Source of the DNA: Eledone cirrhosa
Lineage: Eukaryota
Assembly: GCA_964016885.1 (NCBI GenBank)
Contig: OZ024740.1
Span: forward strand, 125,612,001-125,676,000
Reading direction: 5' to 3'
DNA: 64,000 nt
Part shown: in pieces, positions 53,247 to 64,000 of the stretch
How the letters are laid out: every line of letters starts with the position of its first letter
Numbering within the stretch: the first letter of the stretch is position 1
The notes under the pieces: generated by a model
Told to the model about the DNA's origin: nothing
Seen by the model: only the letters and a program-made list of their open reading frames with translations
Databases searched by the model: none
Translations under genes and position numbers: made by a program

Positions 53247-53654
53247 GAAATAAAGGTCTCAAACAGCGTTCTAAATAGCTTGCCAAGTCATGCTGACAGG
53301 AAATGGTATAGAGTATCTGTTGTATCTCTAATGTCAAAGAGTTAAAATTAGGTGGATAAAGAGTAGTCTCCCTTTAAAAGGGGTTTGTTTATGTTTTTTT
53401 TTTTTTTTTTTATATATATGCCTGTTTAAGTGTGTGGGAGAATGCATGAAGTTGTAAGTATGTGAGTGTGTGTGTGTGAGTGTGAGAAGATAAGTATATT
53501 CGTAAATGTGTGGGATAGGTGTTATCTGGTGTTAGAACTGGTTTTGTGTGTGTATGTGTGAGAGAGAATAAGTGGCGGTGTAAGCGTGTGTGTGTGTGTG
53601 TGTGCGTGCGTGTGTGTGTGTGGGGTGTGTGTAAATGTGGGGCTAGAAGCTCTA

Positions 53655-55184
53655 TCAGGTTATAAATTGGGTGTTGAGTTCTAGACTATTATTGATTTGT
53701 GGGTGTATTTTATCTATAATTAGTGCTTCTTTAATTCTAAGATTGCCGAGGTTTCTTTCCTTAGTTTCTATCCTAACTGTTATGGTTTTGTCGGTGTTTT
53801 TGCATTTAACTAGGTGTTTCTTAAATGAGGAAGCGTTAGTATTGAGGTGTTCTTTTATTCTTATGTGGAGTGGTCTGGTGGTGCTACCTACGTAGAAGTT
53901 GTTGCATTTGTCACACTCTAGTCTGTATACGACGTAAGCCTGGTGGCATAGGTCTGTGTCGTTGATGGGGCAGTTGTCATGTCTGGTGGAGTGTCTTTTG
54001 GTTAGTTGTCCGCGTAGAGAAGGACCTGAGTGGGCAAGTTGGATATCTAGTCCCTCTCGTCTGATAGCTCTGCGGATGGCTGTTGTTGTTTCTTCACTGA
54101 AGTGTAGGAGTTTCAGGAAGCAAGTGTTAGTGCCTCGGGTGTGGTGTCCTCTGTTCTTTCTGGCACGGTTTGTGGTGGATGTCGTGTATCCGTTCAGTTT
54201 GAGTACTTCCAAGAAATGTGTGGTGTGTGTGTCTCGGTCTCTAGCGTCGGTGCATTTGTTCCGCATACGTGCCAGTTCGTTCCTTATGTATCCGAACTTG
54301 GCACCGAGTGGGAGGGCCGATCTGAAATGTACGAACAGGTCCCTGCTGGCGGCTTTTTTATAGAAGCAGGTGTAGATATTGCCTTCCTCTGTTACCCTGA
54401 GTTGGAAGTCCAGTAGGGATAGGGATCCGCGGTCATCGGGGTGTTTCATGCTGAACTTTATACTGGCGTCCATGCTGGAGAATGTTGTGTCTATTTTATC
54501 TGCCTCCTCACGGGATGATGTAAGGATGAGTATGTCATCTACATATCGGGTGAAGAAGGTATGGGAATGGCAGGTGTTGAGGGCTCGGCATTCTAGCTGG
54601 TTCATGTAGGTGATTGCCAGCAAGCCCGATAGGCTGGATCCCATGGGAAATCCTGTTGTCTGTCTGTATGTGTGGTGGTGGAAGGTGAAGTACGTGTTGT
54701 CTACTGTGAAGGACAAAAGCTGGTGTATGTCCGTCGGGTGGAGGCCGTAGCAGTGGATGTCCTCTGCGACCACGCAGTCCGTCAATAAATCGACAGCTGG
54801 ATGGGCGGGGACTGTAGTGTAGAGGGAGACAACGTCGAGGCTAAAGGCGTATTTATTTAGTTTAAGTTGTTCTGGCTGGAGTTGGTGTAGTCTACGTATA
54901 ACTTCGTCGGAGCTACTGACATGCCCGGGAAAGGTGGAGAGTAGAGGCTTGAGGACCTGGGAGAGGAGCCAGGAAATTTTGTATAGGGGTCCTTCTATGC
55001 TAGAGACGATGGGTCTTATTTGCGTCTTAGTACTATTCTTGTGGGTCTTGATGAGGTGGTAGAAAGTGGGCAGTCTGCTATTTCTAGTGGTGTAGTTGAG
55101 CTTAACTTTATTTGGGAGTTGTCTTCTCCTACAGATATCAAACCAGATGGAGTTGGTCTGTTTTTCGATCTGGGTTGCAGTCAT
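53655..55184 (-). CDS. PLE RT plus GIY-YIG endonuclease (open 509-aa portion; upstream part frameshifted)
   Basis: FYHLIKTHK, RPIVS, SLDVVSLYTTVP, GFPMGSSLS, RYVDDI, LLDF, VVYRLECDKCNNFYVGSTTRPLHIRIKEH. Confidence 0.9.
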   Translation of the reverse strand: MTATQIEKQTNSIWFDICRRRQLPNKVKLNYTTRNSRLPTFYHLIKTHKNSTKTQIRPIVSSIEGPLYKISWLLSQVLKPLLSTFPGHVSSSDEVIRRLHQLQPEQLKLNKYAFSLDVVSLYTTVPAHPAVDLLTDCVVAEDIHCYGLHPTDIHQLLSFTVDNTYFTFHHHTYRQTTGFPMGSSLSGLLAITYMNQLECRALNTCHSHTFFTRYVDDILILTSSREEADKIDTTFSSMDASIKFSMKHPDDRGSLSLLDFQLRVTEEGNIYTCFYKKAASRDLFVHFRSALPLGAKFGYIRNELARMRNKCTDARDRDTHTTHFLEVLKLNGYTTSTTNRARKNRGHHTRGTNTCFLKLLHFSEETTTAIRRAIRREGLDIQLAHSGPSLRGQLTKRHSTRHDNCPINDTDLCHQAYVVYRLECDKCNNFYVGSTTRPLHIRIKEHLNTNASSFKKHLVKCKNTDKTITVRIETKERNLGNLRIKEALIIDKIHPQINNSLELNTQFIT

Positions 55185-56958
55185 GTCCGGGATCTCTGTG
55201 TATAATTAATTATCGCTTAGGTGTTCAAAGTCTAGGTTGTTGTATGTGGCTTGAGAGATGACGCAAAACTCTTTACCTTTGTTGGATGGTAAGTATATAA
55301 GTTCCCTATTCCGTAGGTTCTTCAGGGCGAGTTGTTGTGTCCTGGAGAGGTTTGGGGTTATCTTCTTCTGTTTCCGTAAGATGTTAAATACGGAATGTTT
55401 TAGCCTCGAGAGTTTTTCTTCAAGCTCGCGGTTGGCAGGCGGTGGACAGAGTGGCGATCCAGTTGGTATATCGGGAATCTGGGTTTGATAGATTCCGTGG
55501 TGTTGTTGCCGAGAGTCGATATCCATTTTAGTTGGTAGGCAGCCCGACAGAAATTCGTTTCTATGTCGAGCCATAATTTGTCGTCCAGTCTCTGTTTCAA
55601 TATGAACTTGGGACCCAGGCTGAGGAGGTCTAATTCCTCTCGGGAGAGGGATCCTGTCAAGTCTGTGACGAGGTGTTTTGCGTCAGGTGTGTTGTTGGTC
55701 GGGGCGCCGCTAGGTTCGGTGTTGGTACCGTCTTGTTCGCCTCTGTTGGTGTTTAGAGTTGGGATGTTGTTAAGACAGTTGGCCGTCCTGAGTTTGAGAA
55801 ATTTTTGCGTTAGACGTATTTTCTCGTAGTCTCAGCGATGGTGGTATGACATGTCTATAGTGGCGGAGATGACTCTGGACAGAGGTTCTGGGGTTTAAGC
55901 GAGTTGTGGTACAAGGCTGGAAATAGTCCGTATGTGATGTTGTAGCGTGCGGTGTAGGTGTTGTATGAGTTTTCTTAGGCAGAATTTTTGTATGTAACTA
56001 AGTGATCGTTTGAGGCCTGGTGATTTGAAGCATGTTGGTAGGTGCAAATTTTTGATGGTTTTGGGGATGATGTTGTTATTCAGGTATCGTTTTAGGAAGT
56101 TTATTTGGCAGCCGGCTTTGGCGCGCTTTTCAGATAGCTGGAAGAGTTTCTTTATAGTTGTGAACTGGGCCTGGCTCAGGCGTAAGGAAAGGAGGAGGTT
56201 ATAGTTCACTTGAAGCATTGTGTAATGAGGTATAAACGTTTGAATATGTATAATAAAGCCCAAACAATGCAGGTATGGACAGAGAATAAAGAATGCAAAT
56301 GCAAAAGATATTGTTGACAATTAGTCTTTTACTTCTACGTAGGTAGCACCACCAGACCACTCCACATAAGAATAAAAGAACACCTCAATACTAACGCTTC
56401 CTCATTTAAGAAACACCTAGTTAAATGCAAAAACACCGACAAAACCATAACAGTTAGGATAGAAGCTAAGGAAAGAAACCTCGGCAATCTTAGAATTAAG
56501 GAAGCACTAATTATAGATAAAACACAACCACCAATCAATAATAGACTAGAACTCAACACCAAATTTATAAGCTGATAGAGCTTCTAGCCCCATATTTACA
56601 CACACCCCACACACACACAGGCACGCACGCACACACACACACACGTTTACACCTCCACTTATTCTCTCTCACACATACACACACAAAACCAGATAACACC
56701 TATCCCCCACATTTACGAATAGACTTATCTTCTCACACTCACATACTTACACCTTCATGCATTCTCCCACACACTTAAACAGGCATGTATATTAAAAAAA
56801 CAAAAAATAACATAAACAAACCCCTTTTAAAGGGAGACTACCCTTTATCCACCTAATTTTAACTCTTTGACATTAGAGATAGAACAGATACTCTATACCA
56901 TTTCCTGTCAGCATGACTTGGCAAGCTATGTAGAACGCTGGTTTGAGACATTTATTTC

Positions 56959-56993
56959 CCTCTGAAGAAGAGATATTATCTCGAAAATTAAGG
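56959..56993 (+). ncRNA. Minimal hammerhead ribozyme (pLTR copy 3)
   Basis: Identical to 52825-52859. Confidence 0.7.
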
Positions 56994-57110
56994 ACATTTA
57001 AGTAAATCTAAGGTAAAAGACTAATTGTCAACAATATCTTTTGCATTTGCATTCTTTATTCTATGTCCATACCTGCATTGTTTTGGCTTTATTATACATA
57101 TTCAAGCGTT

Positions 57111-57141
<31 letters not shown>

Positions 57142-57322
57142 TTATATATATATTTATATATATATTTATATATATATTTATATATATATATTTATATTTA
57201 TATATATATATATATATTTATACATATATATATATTTATATATATATAGATATATATATATTTATATATATATAGATATATATATATGTATATATATATT
57301 TATATATATATAGATATATATA

Positions 57323-57354
<32 letters not shown>

Positions 57355-57368
57355 GATATATATATATT

Positions 57369-57407
<39 letters not shown>

Positions 57408-57418
57408 AGATATATATA

Positions 57419-57503
<85 letters not shown>

Positions 57504-57543
57504 TTATACATATATATATATTTATATATATATATATATATTT

Positions 57544-57594
<51 letters not shown>
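57111..57594. repeat. (TA)n microsatellite
   Basis: Direct inspection. Confidence 0.97.
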
Positions 57595-57599
<5 letters not shown>

Positions 57600-58314
57600 G
57601 ACGTAAAATAGGAAAATTTTAAAAATTAAAAATTAACTTACTAAAATTTTCACTCCAACTAATTAGTTTCTGTAATGGGATAAATATAGTTATGCAATGT
57701 AACTATCGAGAATTCATTACGTCATCAGGGAGTCTATTCTCAGCTAAGTCCCCAGGCAATGCGCGGACACTAGGAACTCATATAAAAATAATAATTCGGT
57801 GGATGGAACAGCTGGGACTGAATTCCATAGCACTGAAAAAGTTCACTGTCTCTGGTCAAGTGGCAGATTCTAAAGAATCAATCACGTGACACTGAGGCTA
57901 GTCAGTAGGAGTGGGGTGGTATTATGACAAGAGCCTACTACCACTACGATGAATTAGCAGTGGATTTGGCAAGTTTGCTCAACAAATAAATAATTTGGAG
58001 ATAAATATAGAGAATTAGTATATTTACCAACATATGCGTACAGATGTACACTAATGCTAGCAAATACATAAGTTATGTCATAGTACCTAGGTGGTTCTAT
58101 GCAGGGGGATGCAGAACAATTATATGAAAGACGTAAAATAAGAAAATTTTAAAAATTAAAAATTAACTTACTAAAATTTTCTTATTTTACGTCTTTCATA
58201 TAATTGTTCTGCATCCCCCTGCATAGAACCACCTAGGTACTATGACATAACTTATGTATTTGCTAGCATTAGTGTACATCTGTACGCATATTTTGGTAAA
58301 TATACTAATTCTCT
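57591..58314 (-). mobile_element. HHR-containing non-coding element, 530-bp unit with ~60-bp direct repeat and 143-bp fold-back
   Basis: 57591-57651 ~ 58121-58181; inverted arms 58009-58151 and 58172-58314. Confidence 0.8.
57652..57733 (-). ncRNA. Type I hammerhead ribozyme, intact core, long stem II
   Basis: Minus: actcc CTGATGA c gtaatg..cattac a GAA ACTAATTAGT T ggagt; palindromic stem III, GUU site. Confidence 0.8.
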
Positions 58315-58336
58315 CTCTATATATATATATTTATAT

Positions 58337-59006
58337 ATATACGATATTAATAAATGGAAACTATATTTATAAAACCATATTTATTTCATTATAGATATTT
58401 CAGGGATACCATATTAAATTATGGTATACCTTCATCAGACAAAATACAATATATAACAGTTTTACTTTTGGAGGCTGTCTGGATAGTGAATTGTTCATAT
58501 TGTTTTAATAAGTCATAGTGTTAAGCACAATTATAAAATGACGGAGATAAAGAAAAAGAAAAAAGACGGAGAGAGAGAAAAGAACAAAGCCGGGGAGAGA
58601 GAAAGAAAGAAAACCTGGAGAAATATCGGAGAGAGAGAGAAATGTATGGAGAAAATAAAGATAGGAGGAAATAAAAATAAAAAATAAAGGTTTTCTTTCT
58701 TTCTCTCTCTCCGTCTTTGTTCTTTTCTCTCTCTCCGTCTTTTTTCTTTTTCTTTATCTCCGTCTTTTTCTCATTGTGCTTAACACTAAGACTTATTAAA
58801 ACAATATAAACAATTCACTATCCAGACGGCCTCCAAAAGTAATGGTTGTATTTTAAAAGGGTACGTCAAAGCTATTTGTAAAACTGTTATATTTTGTATT
58901 TTGTCTGATGAAGGCATACCATAATTTAATATGGTATCCCTGAAATATGTATAATGAAATAAATATGGTGTTATAAATATAATTTCCATTTATTAATATC
59001 GTATAT
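58337..59006. mobile_element. Inverted dimer (~280-320-bp arms) with an HHR motif in each arm
   Basis: Arms 58337-58616 and 58688-59006; CTGATGA agg..ataccat..atggtat ccct GAAATATGTA at 58905-58951 (+) and a near copy at 58392-58438 (-). Confidence 0.75.
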
Positions 59007-59085
59007 CTACTCCAAAAACTTGTCGAGTGCTTTATATCAGTTATAAAAATATTTACTTGTTGTATCCCAACTTTAAATAGAACTT

Positions 59086-59187
59086 TTGCATATATTTATA
59101 TATATATATATTTATATATATTTATACATATATATATATTTATATATATATATATATATTTATTTATATTTATACATTATATATATT

Positions 59188-59222
<35 letters not shown>

Positions 59223-59345
59223 ATATTTATATATTTATATATATATATTTATATATATATATATATATATATTTATATGTATATATATATATATTTATAT
59301 ATATATATTTATATGTATATATATATATTTATATATATATATATT

Positions 59346-59376
<31 letters not shown>

Positions 59377-59600
59377 ATTTATATATATAAATATATTTAT
59401 ATATATATATTTATATATATAAATATATTTATATATATATATTTATATATATAAATATATTTATATATATATATTTATATATATATATATTTATATATAT
59501 ATATATTTATATATATATATATTTATATATATATATATAAGTATACATTTATATATATATATATATTTATATATATATAATTATATATATATATTTATAT

Positions 59601-59640
<40 letters not shown>
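59086..59640. repeat. (TA)n microsatellite
   Basis: Direct inspection. Confidence 0.97.
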
Positions 59641-59643
<3 letters not shown>

Positions 59644-60209
59644 TTGAGTTTAGAACTCATTATTCTTAGTATCACTGCTCCTTATGTAGAGCTAACTTTA
59701 GCCCCATATAAACGGCTGTTATTTCTAGCAGAACGAGTATGCGGCAGCTAGAAACTGGAAAACCATGTGCGTTAAACAGTCTTTTTAAATATTTTGAAGT
59801 GAAGCATACCAATTGTTCAGGGTACTTACTGAGGAGAGCTGAGCGGGGTATTCTTTCACTTTTTCATCTCGAAACTTATTTGGATTTTGAAGTTTAAACT
59901 TATTTACGGAACAGGTTTGATTTTGAAATTTAAATTTGTCTAAGTACCACGGGCATTTTCCAATATCGTTTGTTTTTATTGATTTATTATTTTAAATCGA
60001 GACAGGCAAACTGTATTATTATAATTAGTATTTTTCAATCTAGCTAACTTAATTTCTTTTACAATACAAACACTTATATGTTGGTATTTGTGTTTTATCA
60101 TATATATTAATTTATATTAACTTGTATTACACGGCTCAGAAATACTTCTTTCTTTGAGCTATTTCATTGTAAAGGACTGCTTGAGTTTAGAACTCATTAT
60201 TCTTAGTAT
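59641..60209 (+). mobile_element. HHR-containing non-coding element, 537-bp unit with 32-bp terminal direct repeat; relative of the 25.1-kb element
   Basis: TGCTTGAGTTTAGAACTCATTATTCTTAGTAT at 59641 and 60178; 60134-60196 aligns with the reverse complement of 25113-25170. Confidence 0.78.
59826..59897 (+). ncRNA. Type I hammerhead ribozyme
   Basis: tta CTGAGGA gag..ctc GAAAC tt atttggattttg aa GTT taa. Confidence 0.7.
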
Positions 60210-60440
60210 ATATTTATATATATATAAAGTAAATTTCTTTAAGTCATTTCAAAGCTTCGAGAATGCAAATGGGTAAATCTCCAGGTAACAAGATCCGGTG
60301 GTGGAGAAAGAGATGTAAGTGGGTGTACGTTGAGATGCGTGGAGTGTATAAGACGTGTAGAGGAATGAAGGAAACAGCGTAAAGGATAAAAATAAAAATA
60401 ACAACACGAAAGAGAGTTACCTTGGGAGAGATTTAATTGT

Positions 60441-60476
60441 CCCTATATATTTCGGATTCACATCCATCAACTGGGG
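60441..60476 (-). ncRNA. Decayed minimal hammerhead motif
   Basis: Minus: ccc CAGTTGA t ggat gtga atcc GAA ATATAT A ggg; two substitutions in CUGAUGA. Confidence 0.4.
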
Positions 60477-60605
60477 TTTTTTCCGGGGTGGTGGAAAGGT
60501 TGTCTGTCAGAAAGGTGCGAAACGTGTCCTCCGCTGTTCGTTGTTTTGAATATATATTTATATATATATAATGTTTTGAATATCTATTTATATATATATA
60601 TATAA

Positions 60606-60636
<31 letters not shown>

Positions 60637-60759
60637 TATTTATAGAGACATAAATAAATATATATATTAATAAACAGTTGTAAGCATAAAAATGTTTTGA
60701 ACAGTTCTTTGATTCTTATAATTCATATAATTCATAAGTATATATATATATATATATAA

Positions 60760-60822
<63 letters not shown>

Positions 60823-60867
60823 TATATATATATATATATAAGTATATATATATATATAAGTATATAT

Positions 60868-61048
60868 GTCGTCACATGATACCATGGGCCCAGCACTAAG
60901 TGTCAATAATTGTCACAAGTGTAGTGTTTGTACCAGAGTTTTCAAGTCGCTGGCTGGACTAAAAAGTCACACTCGTTCAGCGCATCGGTAGGGGTTCTCC
61001 TACATGGATATAAAGTAGTGGCCGTACTCTAAAACGAGTTGGCAGCCA

Positions 61049-61050
<2 letters not shown>
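60868..61050 (+). mobile_element. RTE-type LINE 3' end with a C2H2 zinc finger, between TA tracts
   Basis: HKCSVCTRVFKSLAGLKSHTRSAHR* followed by a short 3'UTR. Confidence 0.7.
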
Positions 61051-61104
<54 letters not shown>

Positions 61105-61107
<3 letters not shown>

Positions 61108-61690
61108 TGGATGAATACCTAATACCTAATAGCTGTTTATTATAAACATGTTGATATTGCCACTAAAATTAGCAGCATTATTCAACGTTTTGTTCTCTAC
61201 ATAAGGAGAAAAATTATAAAAGTGGATGAATACCTCAACAGGTACTATGTACTTGTAGAAATATGCAAGGTGTTTATAATATTTGTGGTTCAATGGTACT
61301 AATTCGAGTTACCAGAACAATATAAAAATAGCGGAGCAAGCGGTTATCAAACAATTCTCTAAATAAATTAAAAAACGATTTAAATAATCACCTGTTCTAT
61401 TGCTGTTACCGACGGTTTCATCATTCCAAAAGATTGGAAATCCAGAGAATTTCCAATGGAAAGAAATGAATCTTCAGACAGCTTATTTCCACACTATAAG
61501 GTTGCTAGCCTTACAGTAAGTAAATATTTCGCTTCCTGCCCAACGCATGCGGTCAAGCCGTTAAAATGACACACACGTAAAATCAGGTCGCAGATAATAG
61601 CTGTTTATTATGTAGAGAACAAATCGTTGAATAATGCTGCTCATTTTAGTGGCAATATCATGTTTATAATAAACAGCTATTATCTGCAAT
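61105..61690 (-). mobile_element. HHR-containing non-coding element with ~77-bp terminal inverted repeats
   Basis: 61127-61204 is inverted at 61607-61682; internal HHR. Confidence 0.72.
61402..61482 (-). ncRNA. Type I hammerhead ribozyme, intact core, long stem II
   Basis: Minus: gctgt CTGAAGA t tcatt..ttggaaat..atttccaa..aatga t GAAAC cg t cg GTA acagc. Confidence 0.85.
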
Positions 61691-62700
61691 TATAGGCGCA
61701 AATTTTGGAATAGAATAGAAAGAAATAGGAATAAGGCTAATAGAATAAACTCATGGTATGATAGCAATAAATACCAGAGTGTAATGTTCATCGATACAAC
61801 CCCTAGAGGTGAATTAGCTTACAATTTTAGAAGGGCCCTAGATAAACATAAATTCAATATTAAGATAGTAGAAAGACCAGGTACCTCCATAAAAACACTT
61901 ATTAGCAAGACATAGCCTTTTCAAAGATCTCCCTGTATAGATAAGAAATGTATAATCTGTAAATTAAGGATTCATATTAACTGTAAAACTAGAAATGTAG
62001 TATATAGCATAAGATGTACTGAAGGACAATGTGGAGATAAAAATATAGTGTACATATGTGAGACAGCTCGTAGTTTAGGGGAACGGATAAATGAACACTG
62101 GCGAGGCCTTCAAGATAGTAAATAATCATCTGGCCTCTACCAACATGGTAAAATAGAACATAATGGTAAATTAGAGAACATAGAAATAAAAATAGAATCT
62201 ACACACAGAAAAGACGCAATGGTTAGACAAATCACAGAGGCAATAAACATAAATGAATTACAACCAAAATTAAATAGAAAACATAAGTGGAACAGCAACA
62301 TCACAACTTACAATTAAGGACAAGATGAAAACACACACGCACATAGAACAAACAACCAACCAGTAACATGTAAATAAACAAATAAATAAACGAATATAAA
62401 CACACACAGACACTCGGATGTAACACATGCGCAAACTAAGCACACAACACACACACAAAAACAAGATGGCGTAGGACAGAACAAAGGAGAGGCACAAAAA
62501 AAACAAAGAAAAGAATCCCCAGTCACTGAAGAGGTCACAGAATGTGTGACGAAAGAACTTTGACAATATATAAACAACCATCTGGTTGTGGAAGCAACCA
62601 ACCAACCGGAAATTTATTAATTTATTATAATAAATTGAAGTGAAAGCAACTGGTGCGTGTGATTCTTATTGGAAACATGACCCGCCCAAAGTATAGCAAT
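61691..62700 (+). mobile_element. Penelope-like element 3' fragment (linker, Cys cluster, GIY-YIG, pLTR)
   Basis: YRRKFWNRIER..WY..SVMFIDTTPRGEL..KIVERPG..C..C..C..CKTRNVVYSIRC..YICETARSLGERINEH; in-frame stops. Confidence 0.85.
62522..62564 (+). ncRNA. Minimal hammerhead ribozyme in the PLE 3' region
   Basis: gtca CTGAAGA g gtcaca gaatg tgtgac GAAAG aa CTT tgac; perfect 4-bp stem I. Confidence 0.7.
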
Positions 62701-63715
<1,015 letters not shown>

Positions 63716-63853
63716 TTAGAAAGTGAGGTTTTTTTTACAAATTGAAAAATAACCGAGTTGTCCTACACGAGTGAAAGTATAAAGAAAAAGAGATGAAATC
63801 GAAAATGCAACTGGAGTTTTATGTTTTTTAAAAATATATATATTTATTTGGTT

Positions 63854-63890
63854 CCTTTACCGGTTTAGCAGTTCTTCTGCTTTTCAAAAG
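63854..63890 (-). ncRNA. Decayed minimal hammerhead motif
   Basis: Minus: ctt TTGAAAA gcag aagaa ctgc TAA ACCGGT A aagg; stems intact, three core substitutions. Confidence 0.4.
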
Positions 63891-64000
63891 TAGAGTTGAG
63901 ATGGAGCGTCTGTAGTTTTTCTCACATCATATATATATATATGTGTATATATATATTTATATATATATATATTTATATATTTATATATATATATATTTAT

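Noticed and set aside
60503-60530. Plus-strand GAAACGTGTC as a hammerhead half
   Set aside because: No upstream CTGANGA and no stem I or II pairing

Overview
AT-rich eukaryotic DNA made almost entirely of repeats. I found no convincing host protein-coding gene. The SINE families resemble ones I recall from octopus genomes, so an octopod cephalopod is likely (inference, not searched). Contents: long (TA)n/(CA)n/(GA)n microsatellites; many decayed RTE-clade LINE pieces, one family carrying a PHD-like C4HC3 finger after the RT core; a CR1-type LINE nested in an RTE; an RTE nested in an R4/Dong-like LINE; two tRNA-derived SINE families, one sharing its 3' tail with the RTE; a decayed Gypsy element nested in a non-coding LTR element; mariner, pogo-like and TTAA-ended DNA transposon remnants; and three Penelope-like element (PLE) families. 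The most interesting signal is about 16 hammerhead ribozyme (HHR) motifs, intact or decayed. Six lie in the 3' regions of the PLEs. The rest lie in non-coding segments, including several 0.45-0.7 kb elements next to (TA)n tracts with short terminal direct repeats and/or fold-back inversions (retrozyme-like or non-autonomous PLEs). Two of these (25.1 kb and 59.6 kb) are diverged relatives that conserve the HHR, a candidate AAGUGAA/UUCACUU pseudoknot and terminal hairpins. All RNA structures were read by eye, not computed.
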